In this document: piece by piece, positions 30,075-39,914 of the stretch | How the letters are laid out: each line of letters starts with the position of its first letter | How positions within the stretch are numbered: the stretch's first letter is position 1 | IMG/VR virus record: IMGVR_UViG_3300025168_000084 | Span: 1-62,773 of that record | Length of the DNA: 62,773 bases | Strand: one strand, 5' to 3' | DNA from: a virus | Lineage: Duplodnaviria > Caudoviricetes | Program-made: the position numbers and the translations under genes | The notes under the pieces: generated by a model | Seen by the model: only the letters and a program-made list of their open reading frames with translations | Told to the model about the DNA's origin: nothing | Database searches by the model: none

Positions 30075-30114
30075 CATATAACTTTATATTGAGGTATTTT
30101 TATCAATAAGTAAC

Positions 30115-30915
30115 ATGTTTTCCAAAAAAATTGAAATAAACTTGGATAAAAAAGACGATATTATACACTTAGAGCCGATAAGCGATATTCATATCGGACA
30201 TGCTGGTTTTGACGAAGAATTGTACAAAAAAAGAATTGCTGCAATATGCAGAGACAAGAACAGATATACATTCTTTGGTGGAGATGCACTTGATGCAATT
30301 ACGACTTATGATAAAAGATTTAATCCTGATATGAGTTTGGAACATGACATAGACAACCAAAGACAAAGGTGGCAAGATATGTCACAGAAATTATTTGACA
30401 TTCATGACTCACAAAAGAATGAAAAAATATGGGGATTCTTTCACGGTAATCACGATTACAAAATACCTCAGATAAGTAGGGCATACTTACAAAATACAAT
30501 GTGTACTCCAAACAATTTGACGTTCATGGGAAGTCGTGGAGTATTAGGACTTGAGATAAAATACAATAAAAAAATATTAGCACAATGGTCTATACTGTTT
30601 ATTCACGGTTCTGGTGGGGGTAAACCAGAAAGAATGATGGAACAGATGAAACATAATGCATATTATGACGTATTCCTATGTGGTCACTTGCATCAGAAAA
30701 GGTATCAACCAGAACTAGTATATGACTTTGACTGGGAGAGTGGCAAGACATGGGAAAGAGACATACATTTAGGTAATACAGGCACGTTTTGTAAGACTTT
30801 GATAGAAAACACAGATGGTTATATGGATAGAAAGAATGAGGTTATAGGATCACAGATAGGTACAATGACATTATCATTTAATGCAGCAGAGGGAAGTATA
30901 AGTGGTCATATCTAA
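30115..30915 (+). CDS. Calcineurin-like metallophosphoesterase
   Basis: SDIHIG, GDALD, GNHD, IHG and GHLH motifs. Confidence 0.88.
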   Translation: MFSKKIEINLDKKDDIIHLEPISDIHIGHAGFDEELYKKRIAAICRDKNRYTFFGGDALDAITTYDKRFNPDMSLEHDIDNQRQRWQDMSQKLFDIHDSQKNEKIWGFFHGNHDYKIPQISRAYLQNTMCTPNNLTFMGSRGVLGLEIKYNKKILAQWSILFIHGSGGGKPERMMEQMKHNAYYDVFLCGHLHQKRYQPELVYDFDWESGKTWERDIHLGNTGTFCKTLIENTDGYMDRKNEVIGSQIGTMTLSFNAAEGSISGHI

Positions 30916-31174
30916 ACCAGTCAGAAGAAATAAAAAAACTTCTAAGAGTGTAGTAATAATAGAGCCATCTAGAAAAGTGTCAACTCATGATAGAGTTATA
31001 AATGTTTTAAAAGAGTATAAAAGGGGACTACCTTTGACTGAATTACATTATAAAACTCAGGTGGCAAGTATGGGTAATCTACATCATACAATCAAATTTA
31101 TGGTAAGAGCAGGGGAATTAGAGCAAGAATCATGTCCCCATTGTAATAGTACAGAATTATACAAGCTCATATAA
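30902..31174 (+). CDS. Winged-HTH protein with C-terminal CPHC
   Basis: VINVL…GLPLTEL…MVRAGEL pattern. Confidence 0.55.
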   Translation: MVISKPVRRNKKTSKSVVIIEPSRKVSTHDRVINVLKEYKRGLPLTELHYKTQVASMGNLHHTIKFMVRAGELEQESCPHCNSTELYKLI

Positions 31175-31212
31175 TTAGACAAGTTTATATTCACTCAATC
31201 CGATTGGTCTAT

Positions 31213-31350
31213 ATGTTTATCAATATTTGTTGGAAACAAAACGGTGAAGTTAAAAAAGCATTACAACCTATCAATAAAGCTAGTAAACTAATCCAAGAGA
31301 TGGAGAATCAAGGAGTTAAAACTTGGTTCGAGTTAGAACAAACAGCATAA
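31213..31350 (+). CDS. 45-aa hypothetical microprotein (not in ORF track)
   Basis: MFINICWKQNGEVKK…; TTTATAT upstream and a T-tract terminator downstream. Confidence 0.55.
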   Translation: MFINICWKQNGEVKKALQPINKASKLIQEMENQGVKTWFELEQTA

Positions 31351-31551
31351 CCCATACACACACACCTTTTATTTTTTTACCTCTATTATTTGTTAATAAC
31401 TTAATTAACTTTTTTATGCCTAATTTTTTTTACAACACTGTTATTTTTGTTCCTAAAATGTTAATTAACTTATTAGCTTTTTTTTTCCTGTACTAGCTTT
31501 AATCTTAATTAATTAGATAGAGATATATATCCTAATAATAATAAACATATT
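31351..31551. promoter_or_regulatory. AT-rich intergenic region; candidate replication origin
   Basis: T-tracts; TTAATTAACTT at 31401 and 31461 and TTAATTAA at 31505; directly upstream of the RHH-MCM operon. Confidence 0.35.
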
Positions 31552-31854
31552 ATGAATTTCAAGAAGACAACTACAATATCAATCAGTAGTAAAACAAAGT
31601 CAATCTTTGAAGCATTAGAGGAAACAAGACCAAAAAATATATCCTTTAGTTTGTTCTTAGCTATGGCAGTTGAAGAATATATTTCAAACCACGGTAAGAA
31701 AGTAACCAATGCAAAATATCCTAGAATAATGGATAGGATGGATGTTTGGAACGAATGTATTGAAGACTTGTCAAATGACAACTTGATAAACTTTAATGAA
31801 CGTGTGTCACAACTAAACAATAAAATAAGAAAGGAGCTTAACAAAAGATTATGA
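31552..31854 (+). CDS. Ribbon-helix-helix DNA-binding protein coupled to MCM
   Basis: TTTISIS…FEALE…SFSLFLAMAVEEYI; ATGA overlap with mcm. Confidence 0.6.
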   Translation: MNFKKTTTISISSKTKSIFEALEETRPKNISFSLFLAMAVEEYISNHGKKVTNAKYPRIMDRMDVWNECIEDLSNDNLINFNERVSQLNNKIRKELNKRL

Positions 31855-33803
31855 CCGAATATACAGAATCAGCAAAGATTGATATTTTAAAACAGGCATT
31901 GATTGACAACAGATATACTGACGTAATAGACTCAATGCGACCTGATTCAACAATTTCAATCAATCCATCACAAAATGGTTTTATTGATATTTTTATTGAC
32001 AGTACAAATGACTTTATGTCATTATTATTTGAAGCAATTTGCAGAGTAAAGGCACAGAAAGATACCAATTTAGAATTGATAAGAGCATCATTTTCAAATG
32101 TCAAGATAGACTTGATAGGCGAATTATTAATGAATATGCATGAAATTAACACCAAGAATGAAAACTCTACAGTTACATTTGAGTGTCAGATACTTGCAAC
32201 AGATTCCCCAAAGTCCTATATTAGAGAAGCAACATTTGAATGTGCCATTTGTAACAGAGAATATGAAGCAAAATGTGACCTAGACAGAAAGATAGTTCCA
32301 CCATTATGTACAAATACACAATGCAAGCATGCCAAAACAATGATAAGAACCGACATGATGGTTACTGATGATGTGCAAACCATACTCATGCAAGAGCCTA
32401 TGGACAAGTCAAGGAACAGTTCTCCTATCATATTCATAGGCAAACTGGTAGGTAATTTGGTTAGAACCTCCTATGTAGGACAGAAAAAACAGATTACAGG
32501 ACTGTTTAGAAGTGATATTGACCTTAAAAAGAACGAACATGACATATTTATAGACATATTATCTGTAAGAGACTTGAATGACGTTACCCCATTATTACCA
32601 AGTGACGAAGAAAAGACAAAACTAATCAATGATTCAAAACAGAGTGGATTTATTGACAAGGTTATCGGTTCATTTGCTCCAATGATATTTGGTTACAATG
32701 ACATTAAACTATCTATATTATTACAGTTGGCTGGTGGTGTAAAGACCAAGAAAAGAGGTGACATTAACATGTTTTTGATAGGAGATCCAAGTATGGCAAA
32801 GTCAGAACTGTTAAAATTTGCTAGTGGTCTAGTCCAAAAATCAATATACACAAGTGGCAGAGGTTCATCAGCAGCAGGTCTTACAATAGGAATTGTTAAA
32901 ATGTCAGATGGAAGAAGTATTGCACAGGCAGGTGTATTACCAATGTGTGACGGTGGACTTGCATGCATAGACGAGTTTGACAAGATGAACATAGATGACA
33001 GAAGTGCAATGCACGAAGCTATGGAACAGCAAACAGTATCAATAGCAAAAGCTGGAATTGCAATGACTCTACCAAGTCGTACAAGTGTACTTGCAGCAGC
33101 AAACCCAAAGTATGGCATGTATGACAATGACAACTCATTGAAAGATAATATCAACATACCAACGCCATTGTTGTCAAGATTCGATTTGATATGGCTTATT
33201 CAGGACAAGATACACATGACTTCCGACAGATTAAAGGCAAACCATATTCTTGATTCATTTGACAATGACATGACTGACGATTGTTACATGACAGAGGAAC
33301 TTATGATTAAATATATTAATTTTGCAAAATCATTTACACCAAAACTAACATCAGAAGCAAAGAAAACATTGTTAGACATTTATGAAGCAATGAGAAAATC
33401 ATCAGCAACAAGTGAGATGCCCGTTGGTACTAGACAGTTGGAAGCAACAGTCAGATTGGCAATGGCTTATGCAAAACTACATTTCAGAGATGAGGTTACT
33501 AGTGACGACATATGCAAAATCAAATATCTCATAGAGAAAACATACGAGTCATTTGGTAGCAGTATTAGTAGTGGTGGTGTTCAGTCACAGATATTCCAAG
33601 ACAATAAATCAACCAAAGAACATGAAGTGTTGGCAGTATGGAACACCTGTAAGAACCTAGAAGGCAAGGTAAAACTTAGAGACTTTGAAAAGGCATTGGT
33701 TGACAACGGCATGAGCAAGGAGAAAGCAGAGTCAGTAATATCAAAGTGGGAAAATAACAATGCCATCAAATTGAATAGTGACGGCACATATACCAGAATT
33801 TAG
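31851..33803 (+). CDS. mcm: MCM replicative helicase
   Basis: Zn finger CAIC…C….C, GDPSMAKS Walker A, SSAAGLT, CIDEFDKM Walker B, HEAMEQQ, AAANP, LLSRFD Arg finger and RQLE. Confidence 0.97.
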   Translation: MTEYTESAKIDILKQALIDNRYTDVIDSMRPDSTISINPSQNGFIDIFIDSTNDFMSLLFEAICRVKAQKDTNLELIRASFSNVKIDLIGELLMNMHEINTKNENSTVTFECQILATDSPKSYIREATFECAICNREYEAKCDLDRKIVPPLCTNTQCKHAKTMIRTDMMVTDDVQTILMQEPMDKSRNSSPIIFIGKLVGNLVRTSYVGQKKQITGLFRSDIDLKKNEHDIFIDILSVRDLNDVTPLLPSDEEKTKLINDSKQSGFIDKVIGSFAPMIFGYNDIKLSILLQLAGGVKTKKRGDINMFLIGDPSMAKSELLKFASGLVQKSIYTSGRGSSAAGLTIGIVKMSDGRSIAQAGVLPMCDGGLACIDEFDKMNIDDRSAMHEAMEQQTVSIAKAGIAMTLPSRTSVLAAANPKYGMYDNDNSLKDNINIPTPLLSRFDLIWLIQDKIHMTSDRLKANHILDSFDNDMTDDCYMTEELMIKYINFAKSFTPKLTSEAKKTLLDIYEAMRKSSATSEMPVGTRQLEATVRLAMAYAKLHFRDEVTSDDICKIKYLIEKTYESFGSSISSGGVQSQIFQDNKSTKEHEVLAVWNTCKNLEGKVKLRDFEKALVDNGMSKEKAESVISKWENNNAIKLNSDGTYTRI

Positions 33804-33841
33804 AAACACTAATATTGAAGTGATTTACATGACACTATGTG

Positions 33842-34885
33842 ATGGTTATAGATGATGATGAAAATGAATCAGTAGAAGCATTGGAAGAAACTCAAACTCC
33901 TGAGGAAACAACGGAGATTACATCAGTTGATCTAGAACTCGGTGTAGATCAGCTTAAAGGTGTTGGTGCTGTAACCCAAAAGAAATTGCAAACATTCGGA
34001 GTAACATCACTTATAGATTTATGTATTAGAGGTGCTCAGGAAATTAAAGAGATTACAGGTGTAGCAAAACCAACTTGTGATAATTGGGTATTTCAGTCAC
34101 AAAAATTATTAGAAGAAAATAATATGATTAGAAGATCAGATATGAGTACTGTTGACTTGTGGGAGTATCAAAAATCATATCCAGTAATTTCTACAAAATG
34201 TATAGAGGTTGACAATTTAATTGATGGTGGTGTAAGACCAGAAGCCACTTATGAAGTGTATGGAGAGTTTGGAGCTGGCAAGACACAGTTTTGTAACTCA
34301 CTTGCAGTAGAATCAATACATGACGGTAACAATGTTATATGGATAGACTGTGAGGACACATTCAAACCTAACAGAATAGCAGGTATATTAAAAGCAAGAG
34401 AGTATGCAGAAAATGATGAAGAATGTACAGAGTATCTTAACAGAATTACCTACCTTTATTGTCCAAATACAGAACAGTTAATGGGAACTATCAATGGACT
34501 TAGTAAGATATTAGATGATAAGAAACCTAAACTTGTGATATTAGACGGTGCAATAGGACAGTTCAGAGAAGAATACTTAGGCAGAGGAACACTAGCAGAA
34601 AGACAAATGCAGATAGCAAGACTTATGAGTCATATCAAAAACATATCATTCTATTTTAGATGTGCTGTGGTATTTACCAATCAAGTACAGAGTGATCCAA
34701 GCATGATGTTTGGTGATCCAATTAAACCTATAGGTGGTAATATTGTTGCTCATGCAAGTGGTTACAGGTTATACTTTAAGAAGTCAGGCAAGAAAAGATT
34801 GGCAAGAATGATAGACTCTCCTGAACATGCTATGGCAGATGCAGAATACATACTAACTGCTAAAGGCATAGATAATGTCGAATAA
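33842..34885 (+). CDS. radA: RadA recombinase
   Basis: HhH LKGVG, GEFGAGKTQ Walker A, WIDCEDTF, FREEYLGRGTLAERQ, TNQV, PIGGNIVAH and MIDSP; acidic N-terminal extension. Confidence 0.95.
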   Translation: MVIDDDENESVEALEETQTPEETTEITSVDLELGVDQLKGVGAVTQKKLQTFGVTSLIDLCIRGAQEIKEITGVAKPTCDNWVFQSQKLLEENNMIRRSDMSTVDLWEYQKSYPVISTKCIEVDNLIDGGVRPEATYEVYGEFGAGKTQFCNSLAVESIHDGNNVIWIDCEDTFKPNRIAGILKAREYAENDEECTEYLNRITYLYCPNTEQLMGTINGLSKILDDKKPKLVILDGAIGQFREEYLGRGTLAERQMQIARLMSHIKNISFYFRCAVVFTNQVQSDPSMMFGDPIKPIGGNIVAHASGYRLYFKKSGKKRLARMIDSPEHAMADAEYILTAKGIDNVE

Positions 34886-35198
34886 GAAAGAAGAATCTGA
34901 CACATTAAAAAGAAAGATAGCTGCAAAGCCACAGTTTGATTTGAAATGCAAGGTGTGTCACAAGAAATTCGGGAAACATTTTACATTTCATCATAAAAGA
35001 TACTTGGCAAGTGACAAAATTTATAGTGATTTTAAGACAACATATGATTACAATCTCTATGTGTTGCCTATAATAGACAAAGATCCCAACAGATTTGTAC
35101 TTCTATGCAAGGGACACCATACTCTAGTAGAGAAACTTAAGAGATTCAAGTTAGACAAGTTAGAAAGATTGTTCAAAGTAGTAAAGGAGAGCAAGTAA
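34875..35198 (+). CDS. HNH-like endonuclease
   Basis: CKVC…FHH..Y…LLCKGHH. Confidence 0.6.
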   Translation: MSNKKEESDTLKRKIAAKPQFDLKCKVCHKKFGKHFTFHHKRYLASDKIYSDFKTTYDYNLYVLPIIDKDPNRFVLLCKGHHTLVEKLKRFKLDKLERLFKVVKESK

Positions 35199-35587
35199 TG
35201 GAGATAATAGGTCAGGGAGAGGTGGCTGCATTGAAGATAATCAAGGATATGTTTGGTAATAGCTGTGAATATCTCACTCAGGTCAAACTATCTGATATGA
35301 TTACTCCTGAATATCTTGAGACATTAAGTGATAGACAGTTAAAAGAAACCATAGATATTGTAGTAGATACAGGATTTCAGTACCTAGCAATAAGAGTACA
35401 GGACAAACACCATGCTAGTGCAAGAATGGCTACAATAGATAACATTCAAAAGAATATGCTAGAATGGAATGGGTGGAAAGTCATAGATATATGGTATTAT
35501 GAATGCAAAGAACTTTGGAAGGATAGGGTAAATGAAAAATCAAGATTAGAGTTAGAATTGGCTATAAAAGAGTCAAGCGTGGACTAA
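35198..35587 (+). CDS. PD-(D/E)xK / Vsr-like endonuclease
   Basis: GE…Q…IDIV…AIRVQ..HH…D..Q…LE.NGWKVI.IW pattern. Confidence 0.6.
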   Translation: MEIIGQGEVAALKIIKDMFGNSCEYLTQVKLSDMITPEYLETLSDRQLKETIDIVVDTGFQYLAIRVQDKHHASARMATIDNIQKNMLEWNGWKVIDIWYYECKELWKDRVNEKSRLELELAIKESSVD

Positions 35588-35618
35588 GTTTATATATATG
35601 TAAATATTAACAATCTGA

Positions 35619-35888
35619 GTGTACAGAAATACATATCAAATAACAGAAGATATTTTAGATAACTTGACAAAAACAAATGGTACTCAAGTAACAAATCTTC
35701 TTAGACAATCAAATTTATCATATTCTAGACTAACAATATTTGTTAACAAACTTACACAATCAGGGTTAATTAACAAAATAGAGGTCAAAGGTAAGAACAC
35801 TTTTATTATAACTGAAAAAGGCAGAGTTTATTTAGATGAATACAAGAAGTTTTCAACCATTACAGAAAGTTTTGGTTTGGAGTTATGA
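35619..35888 (+). CDS. Archaeal winged-HTH transcription regulator
   Basis: R…I..DIL…T.L….NLSY..L…..L…GLI…F.ITEKG..YL. Confidence 0.8.
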   Translation: MYRNTYQITEDILDNLTKTNGTQVTNLLRQSNLSYSRLTIFVNKLTQSGLINKIEVKGKNTFIITEKGRVYLDEYKKFSTITESFGLEL

Positions 35889-35889
35889 T

Positions 35890-36157
35890 ATGAAAGGATT
35901 ATGTCACAAATGTTTAAAATCAAACATTGAAGTAAATAAAAAAATAATCTGTATAGAGTGTCAGAAATGCAATGTATGAAATGTGATTATGAAATGGATA
36001 AGATGACAGTATGCCACCAGATATGTCCCAACTGTGGTGCAGTAGTAGATTGTAGTGACGGTGTATTTGATTGAAATGTCCTAGATGTAAGAAACAATAC
36101 AGCAGCCCTTGGCAAGAATGTGGTAGTTGTATTACAAAGTATTATCCAGAAACTTAA
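35890..36157 (+). CDS. Three overlapping Zn-finger microproteins (35890-35979, 35967-36074, 36071-36157)
   Basis: MKGLCHKC…CIEC (29 aa), MQCMKC…CPNCG (35 aa), MKCPRC…CGSC (28 aa); below the ORF-track cutoff. Confidence 0.55.
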
Positions 36158-36227
36158 TCCCAAGAAGGGAAGAATGAGATTTACGCACTCACTCACTACC
36201 GACTTGGTAGAACGGACTAAACTAGTC
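36158..36227 (-). ncRNA. Candidate small structured RNA 2 (four tandem hairpins)
   Basis: Minus strand: GACUA/UAGUC, CUACC/GGUAG, GAGUGAG/CUCAUUC (G-U pair works only on this strand) and UCCC/GGGA; TTTTATAA box 29 nt upstream; no start codon at the predicted start site. Confidence 0.45.
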
Positions 36228-36261
36228 TAATTATGATAATTATAAGTATTATAAAAGTTTA

Positions 36262-36320
36262 ATGGTTTAAGAGGGCTACCGTGAATGGTTAGACCAAAAC
36301 GGGTAATCCCTGACAACCAT
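36262..36320 (-). ncRNA. Candidate small structured RNA 1 (59-nt bulged hairpin)
   Basis: AUGGUU…AACCAU closing stem with nested GGG/CCC, UACC/GGUA and UGGU/ACCA stems; TTTATATT box about 27 nt upstream; alternatively a 14-codon ORF. Confidence 0.4.
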
Positions 36321-36408
36321 ACTAGCTATATAAAGCAGTAATATAAACTTATTGTTATGCCTAAATTCAATCCGTATATTTTAATACTTTGAAGAATAAT
36401 TCAATATT

Positions 36409-36642
36409 ATGGTAACATCAGATTTCCGAGTATTTGGGGAAGTGGATAGAGGGAATTATTTTCCCGAAACTGATAGAATAATTATATTTCTAAGTGCTCA
36501 TGAAACATTAGACGATTTACTTAGTACAATTAATCATGAACATTTACATTATTGTATAAATCAAACAGGAGAAATAATGGATGACGATCAGGAAGAAAGA
36601 ATTATTTATGTTATGAGTTGGGCTAATGAATATTTAGTGTAG
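36409..36642 (+). CDS. Minimal zincin-like protein
   Basis: G.Y….I.I…..TINHEHLH; 77 aa. Confidence 0.55.
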   Translation: MVTSDFRVFGEVDRGNYFPETDRIIIFLSAHETLDDLLSTINHEHLHYCINQTGEIMDDDQEERIIYVMSWANEYLV

Positions 36643-36838
36643 AACTTGGCATAAAATTGGTTCTATATACTCTTGACTTGTTTCTAACTAGTCCGTGGCA
36701 GCATTTACATCTTAACCTGCCAAAATTTTTTTTCTCTTTATATAATTTAGATGATGGAATAAATCTAGAACATTTTTGACAGTAATGGTTTTTTTCATTT
36801 ATTTTATGTTCAAATATGTGACATACCCCATTACACAC
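36623..36838 (-). CDS. Cys-rich protein, CxxxC…CxxC…CxCC family (copy 1)
   Basis: MCNGVC…CQKC…RCKCC…R; paralogous to 39506 and 39696. Confidence 0.65.
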   Translation of the reverse strand: MCNGVCHIFEHKINEKNHYCQKCSRFIPSSKLYKEKKNFGRLRCKCCHGLVRNKSRVYRTNFMPSSTLNIH

Positions 36839-37141
36839 ATATTATATATAAAACTGTAGTATTTATATGTTATCTTTTAATTTAGGTTTTTTTAATTCTT
36901 CGTCAATTTTTTTCTGACAATCGTCGCAAACTTCCAAGTCCTCATACTCATGAGTGGTTTTTGTTTTTCCACATATATTACAAATCATTTTTGATCCACC
37001 ATTAGTTTTTCTAAGGCTCTAAGATAATGCATCAATACACCTTTCTTATGTCTTTCTTCAAGTTCTTCATCAGTTTCAAGGTTAATAGGAGTGAATAATA
37101 TTAATTCAAGTTTCTTTATACGTTTGAATACTTTCAATTTA

Positions 37142-38869
37142 TCATACAAATGAACTCATTACCATTAATTTGAACTGCTTAATAACCTTTTCTGAAGCAA
37201 TATTCATGTTTTCAACATTCATAATATTCTTAGATTTGAACAGTTTTCTAACACCATTGTATTTATACGAATATTTATCTGATACTACTATACAGTTTAG
37301 ATTATTAGTTACCTTTCTTGCTTTAAGCATTGACTTTGTACATGTCTTCATATAATTAGGGAATGACATATGATACCCACCAACATAATAGTTAGGCATA
37401 CCGTCAGTTATCATAATCATCATCTTCTTGCTGCCTTTCATCTTCTTTAACATTTGAGCAGAGTACTCTAATCCCATATGGGTAGGTGTCACACTGTACA
37501 TATTATGACATGATATTTGATTCAAATCATTTTTACTGTTAATTTCTGTCATACCTATAATACCTTTACCGTCAGAACCCCATACATTAGCACGAATCTC
37601 AACATTGTCTACACCTTTAAGTGATTCATATAGTGTTGCAACAAGGTTGCGAGCAGTATTCATTCTGTCTCCACGCATTGAACTAGATCCATCTATTGAT
37701 ATAACCAATGCAATACCGTTAGTAATCCTCTTGTTTACTCTACAATTATTCAAGTTATTACCACGAATTAGATTTTCAACATAAGTATCAACGTCTACTT
37801 CCTCACCCTCATTATCAATAAAGTCCTTCTTTTGCATTTTCATTGTCTTAAATATCTTAGACAATCCCTTGGCAATTTTCATATTAGGTTTTACTTTACT
37901 AGATTCTCTTTTAACCAATCTTACACGTTTAGGTAATGCCTGTTGAGGAACTTCACCTCTTAACGAGTCAAATATATCATTTACAACTCCCTCACCCTCT
38001 TGCTTACCTATATCCACAATTTCTTCTTTCGTTTCATCATTATTATCATCTGGATTCAATAATTCTTCAGGAACTTCGAGATCGGTTTCTCCACTCGATT
38101 CGAGGTTGTTTTCCTGAAAGTCAGTGTTTTCCCGACTCATTTCACTTCTTTGTTCCATTCTTTTATCTCTACCCTGTTCTCTCTCTAACGTGTCAGGTTC
38201 AGCAATTAAATCATCAATGCTTGGATCTAATATTTTCTTTCTGTCACTAAGATACTTGTCCAAGTATGGTTTTAGTGTAACCATTACTCTCAATCCACCA
38301 AATCTATCAGTAAGCAATACGTCTTCTAACGCCTTTGCATAAACATCATAGTTTTCTGTATCATTGATAATATCATCACCACGCTGGAATCTTATTGTCA
38401 ACAGTATGTCTATTGGATTCTGATTTCTTACATCCTTACCCATCAACTTACCAAGTTTTTTGGTTGTCTTGTCAAATCTACTTGCATGTTTAAGATACAT
38501 CTTACCCATCTGTGACTCTATGCGTTGGTCTTCTATTACATTAAACACATTGAAAAAGAACTTGTAATCCTCATCTTTAAGACCCCAATTATCTCTGAAT
38601 AATTTCTTGGTTGCATCAAACGGAGATTGAAACAATACATGAGCAAGTTCGTGTATGATACCTACAAACTTCTCAATACCCTTGACGTTAGGCTTTGCAG
38701 AAAATATTCTAAATATATTTTTATTATCCTTTAACCCATGATATTGAACCATATTAGTTTGACCAGCATGAACTATTGATATTTTTGCATTTCTGACAAC
38801 CTCTACGACATTGGCATACTTTTCATACATGTCATTGTTACTGAGCAAGTCGGTGTTACGTTTGGTCAT
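37142..38869 (-). CDS. vWA-domain protein (CobT/NorD-like partner of MoxR ATPase) with N-terminal HExxH
   Basis: IHELAH and FNVIEDQRIE; MIDAS motif IDGSSSM, TPT and ITDGMP. Confidence 0.85.
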   Translation of the reverse strand: MTKRNTDLLSNNDMYEKYANVVEVVRNAKISIVHAGQTNMVQYHGLKDNKNIFRIFSAKPNVKGIEKFVGIIHELAHVLFQSPFDATKKLFRDNWGLKDEDYKFFFNVFNVIEDQRIESQMGKMYLKHASRFDKTTKKLGKLMGKDVRNQNPIDILLTIRFQRGDDIINDTENYDVYAKALEDVLLTDRFGGLRVMVTLKPYLDKYLSDRKKILDPSIDDLIAEPDTLEREQGRDKRMEQRSEMSRENTDFQENNLESSGETDLEVPEELLNPDDNNDETKEEIVDIGKQEGEGVVNDIFDSLRGEVPQQALPKRVRLVKRESSKVKPNMKIAKGLSKIFKTMKMQKKDFIDNEGEEVDVDTYVENLIRGNNLNNCRVNKRITNGIALVISIDGSSSMRGDRMNTARNLVATLYESLKGVDNVEIRANVWGSDGKGIIGMTEINSKNDLNQISCHNMYSVTPTHMGLEYSAQMLKKMKGSKKMMIMITDGMPNYYVGGYHMSFPNYMKTCTKSMLKARKVTNNLNCIVVSDKYSYKYNGVRKLFKSKNIMNVENMNIASEKVIKQFKLMVMSSFV

Positions 38870-38963
38870 TTTTATCTACTCTCCATTTCTACTTCTTTAC
38901 ATTCCTCACATATATCTGGTTCGTTTACCATGTTACCACAACCATTTTCACATTCATATAATG

Positions 38964-39509
38964 TCATTTCTTATTAATCTCCTCAAATATGATTTGTTTT
39001 GGTAACATTTTGGAGCAAAAATAAATACTAGGATTTGGTGGACTTTTTTTAGTGGAATTAATTTGATCATTATAATCCATAAAATACTCTATTCTTTTAT
39101 TCATAATCATAATTTCAAATTCATTATTTTTAAACAAATCAAATCTATATCTACCATCAAATATTCCTGATACATTCATTAACATGGCAAATGGTTTTTT
39201 TAATTCAAATAACCTAGTTAATACATCATTTTTGATTGTATATGGGGGATTAGATATTATATAATCACATTCAATATTAGTTTCAAAAAAATCATTACCT
39301 GTGTTTATATGTGTGTATTTAACATAATGACCTGCGTTACTTAATTCACAAACATAATTACTTTGTTCAGTATCAAATGGACACCAAATAGTAGAGTTTG
39401 GTTTAATGTATTTTAATATAGGTTTTATTGCATAATTATGTGTATAATACTCATCATTTTTACTTGTTGCTTTTCTAGTTCCGTTTATGCCTTTACCTTC
39501 CATCTTCAT
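38964..39509 (-). CDS. Putative N6-adenine DNA methyltransferase
   Basis: DEYYT, IWCPFD, DFF and IISNPPY motifs. Confidence 0.7.
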   Translation of the reverse strand: MKMEGKGINGTRKATSKNDEYYTHNYAIKPILKYIKPNSTIWCPFDTEQSNYVCELSNAGHYVKYTHINTGNDFFETNIECDYIISNPPYTIKNDVLTRLFELKKPFAMLMNVSGIFDGRYRFDLFKNNEFEIMIMNKRIEYFMDYNDQINSTKKSPPNPSIYFCSKMLPKQIIFEEINKK

Positions 39510-39703
39510 GCTTCTATCCTCTTTATATTCAAATTAACCTTTGATCTCATACTTGACCTCAATATTACACTACAACATGGACAACGATTGCCTACCTCTC
39601 TTAACCACCATTTACTGCACAAGTTACATCTTTTGCAGTATTCATAAGTAGATTTTTTATAGGGAATCTTATTCCTATGACATATACCTTTGCATCTATT
39701 CAT
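39506..39703 (-). CDS. Cys-rich protein, CxxxC…CxxC…CxCC family (copy 2)
   Basis: CKGIC…RCNLC…RCPCC..ILR. Confidence 0.65.
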   Translation of the reverse strand: MNRCKGICHRNKIPYKKSTYEYCKRCNLCSKWWLREVGNRCPCCSVILRSSMRSKVNLNIKRIEA

Positions 39704-39914
39704 ATCTAAATTTCTCCGTTTTTACCATACTTTTTGTCCTTGCTGTCATTCTAGTCTTGCCATTACAACAGAAACATCTGTAATTTTTGGTATCTTTTAC
39801 AAACAACATCTTTTGACAAGTTCTGCAAAACGTAATCAGTCCTGAAGGATATGAGTGAGCCAAATGTGTAACATCTTCATAGTTACTGCATTTGTTTTTA
39901 CACATGCAGGGCAT
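39696..39914 (-). CDS. Cys-rich protein, CxxxC…CxxC…CxCC family (copy 3)
   Basis: CKNKC…FCRTC…RCFCC…R. Confidence 0.6.
   Translation of the reverse strand: MPCMCKNKCSNYEDVTHLAHSYPSGLITFCRTCQKMLFVKDTKNYRCFCCNGKTRMTARTKSMVKTEKFRYE

Noticed and set aside
21345-34885. Inteins or introns in TerL, MCM or RadA
   Set aside because: Protein lengths are normal and motifs are contiguous; no intein-like insertions seen.
36158-36227. Possible tRNA gene
   Set aside because: Arm-like hairpins are present, but there is no acceptor stem, no TTC T-loop and the middle loop is 5 nt. Kept only as an ncRNA candidate.
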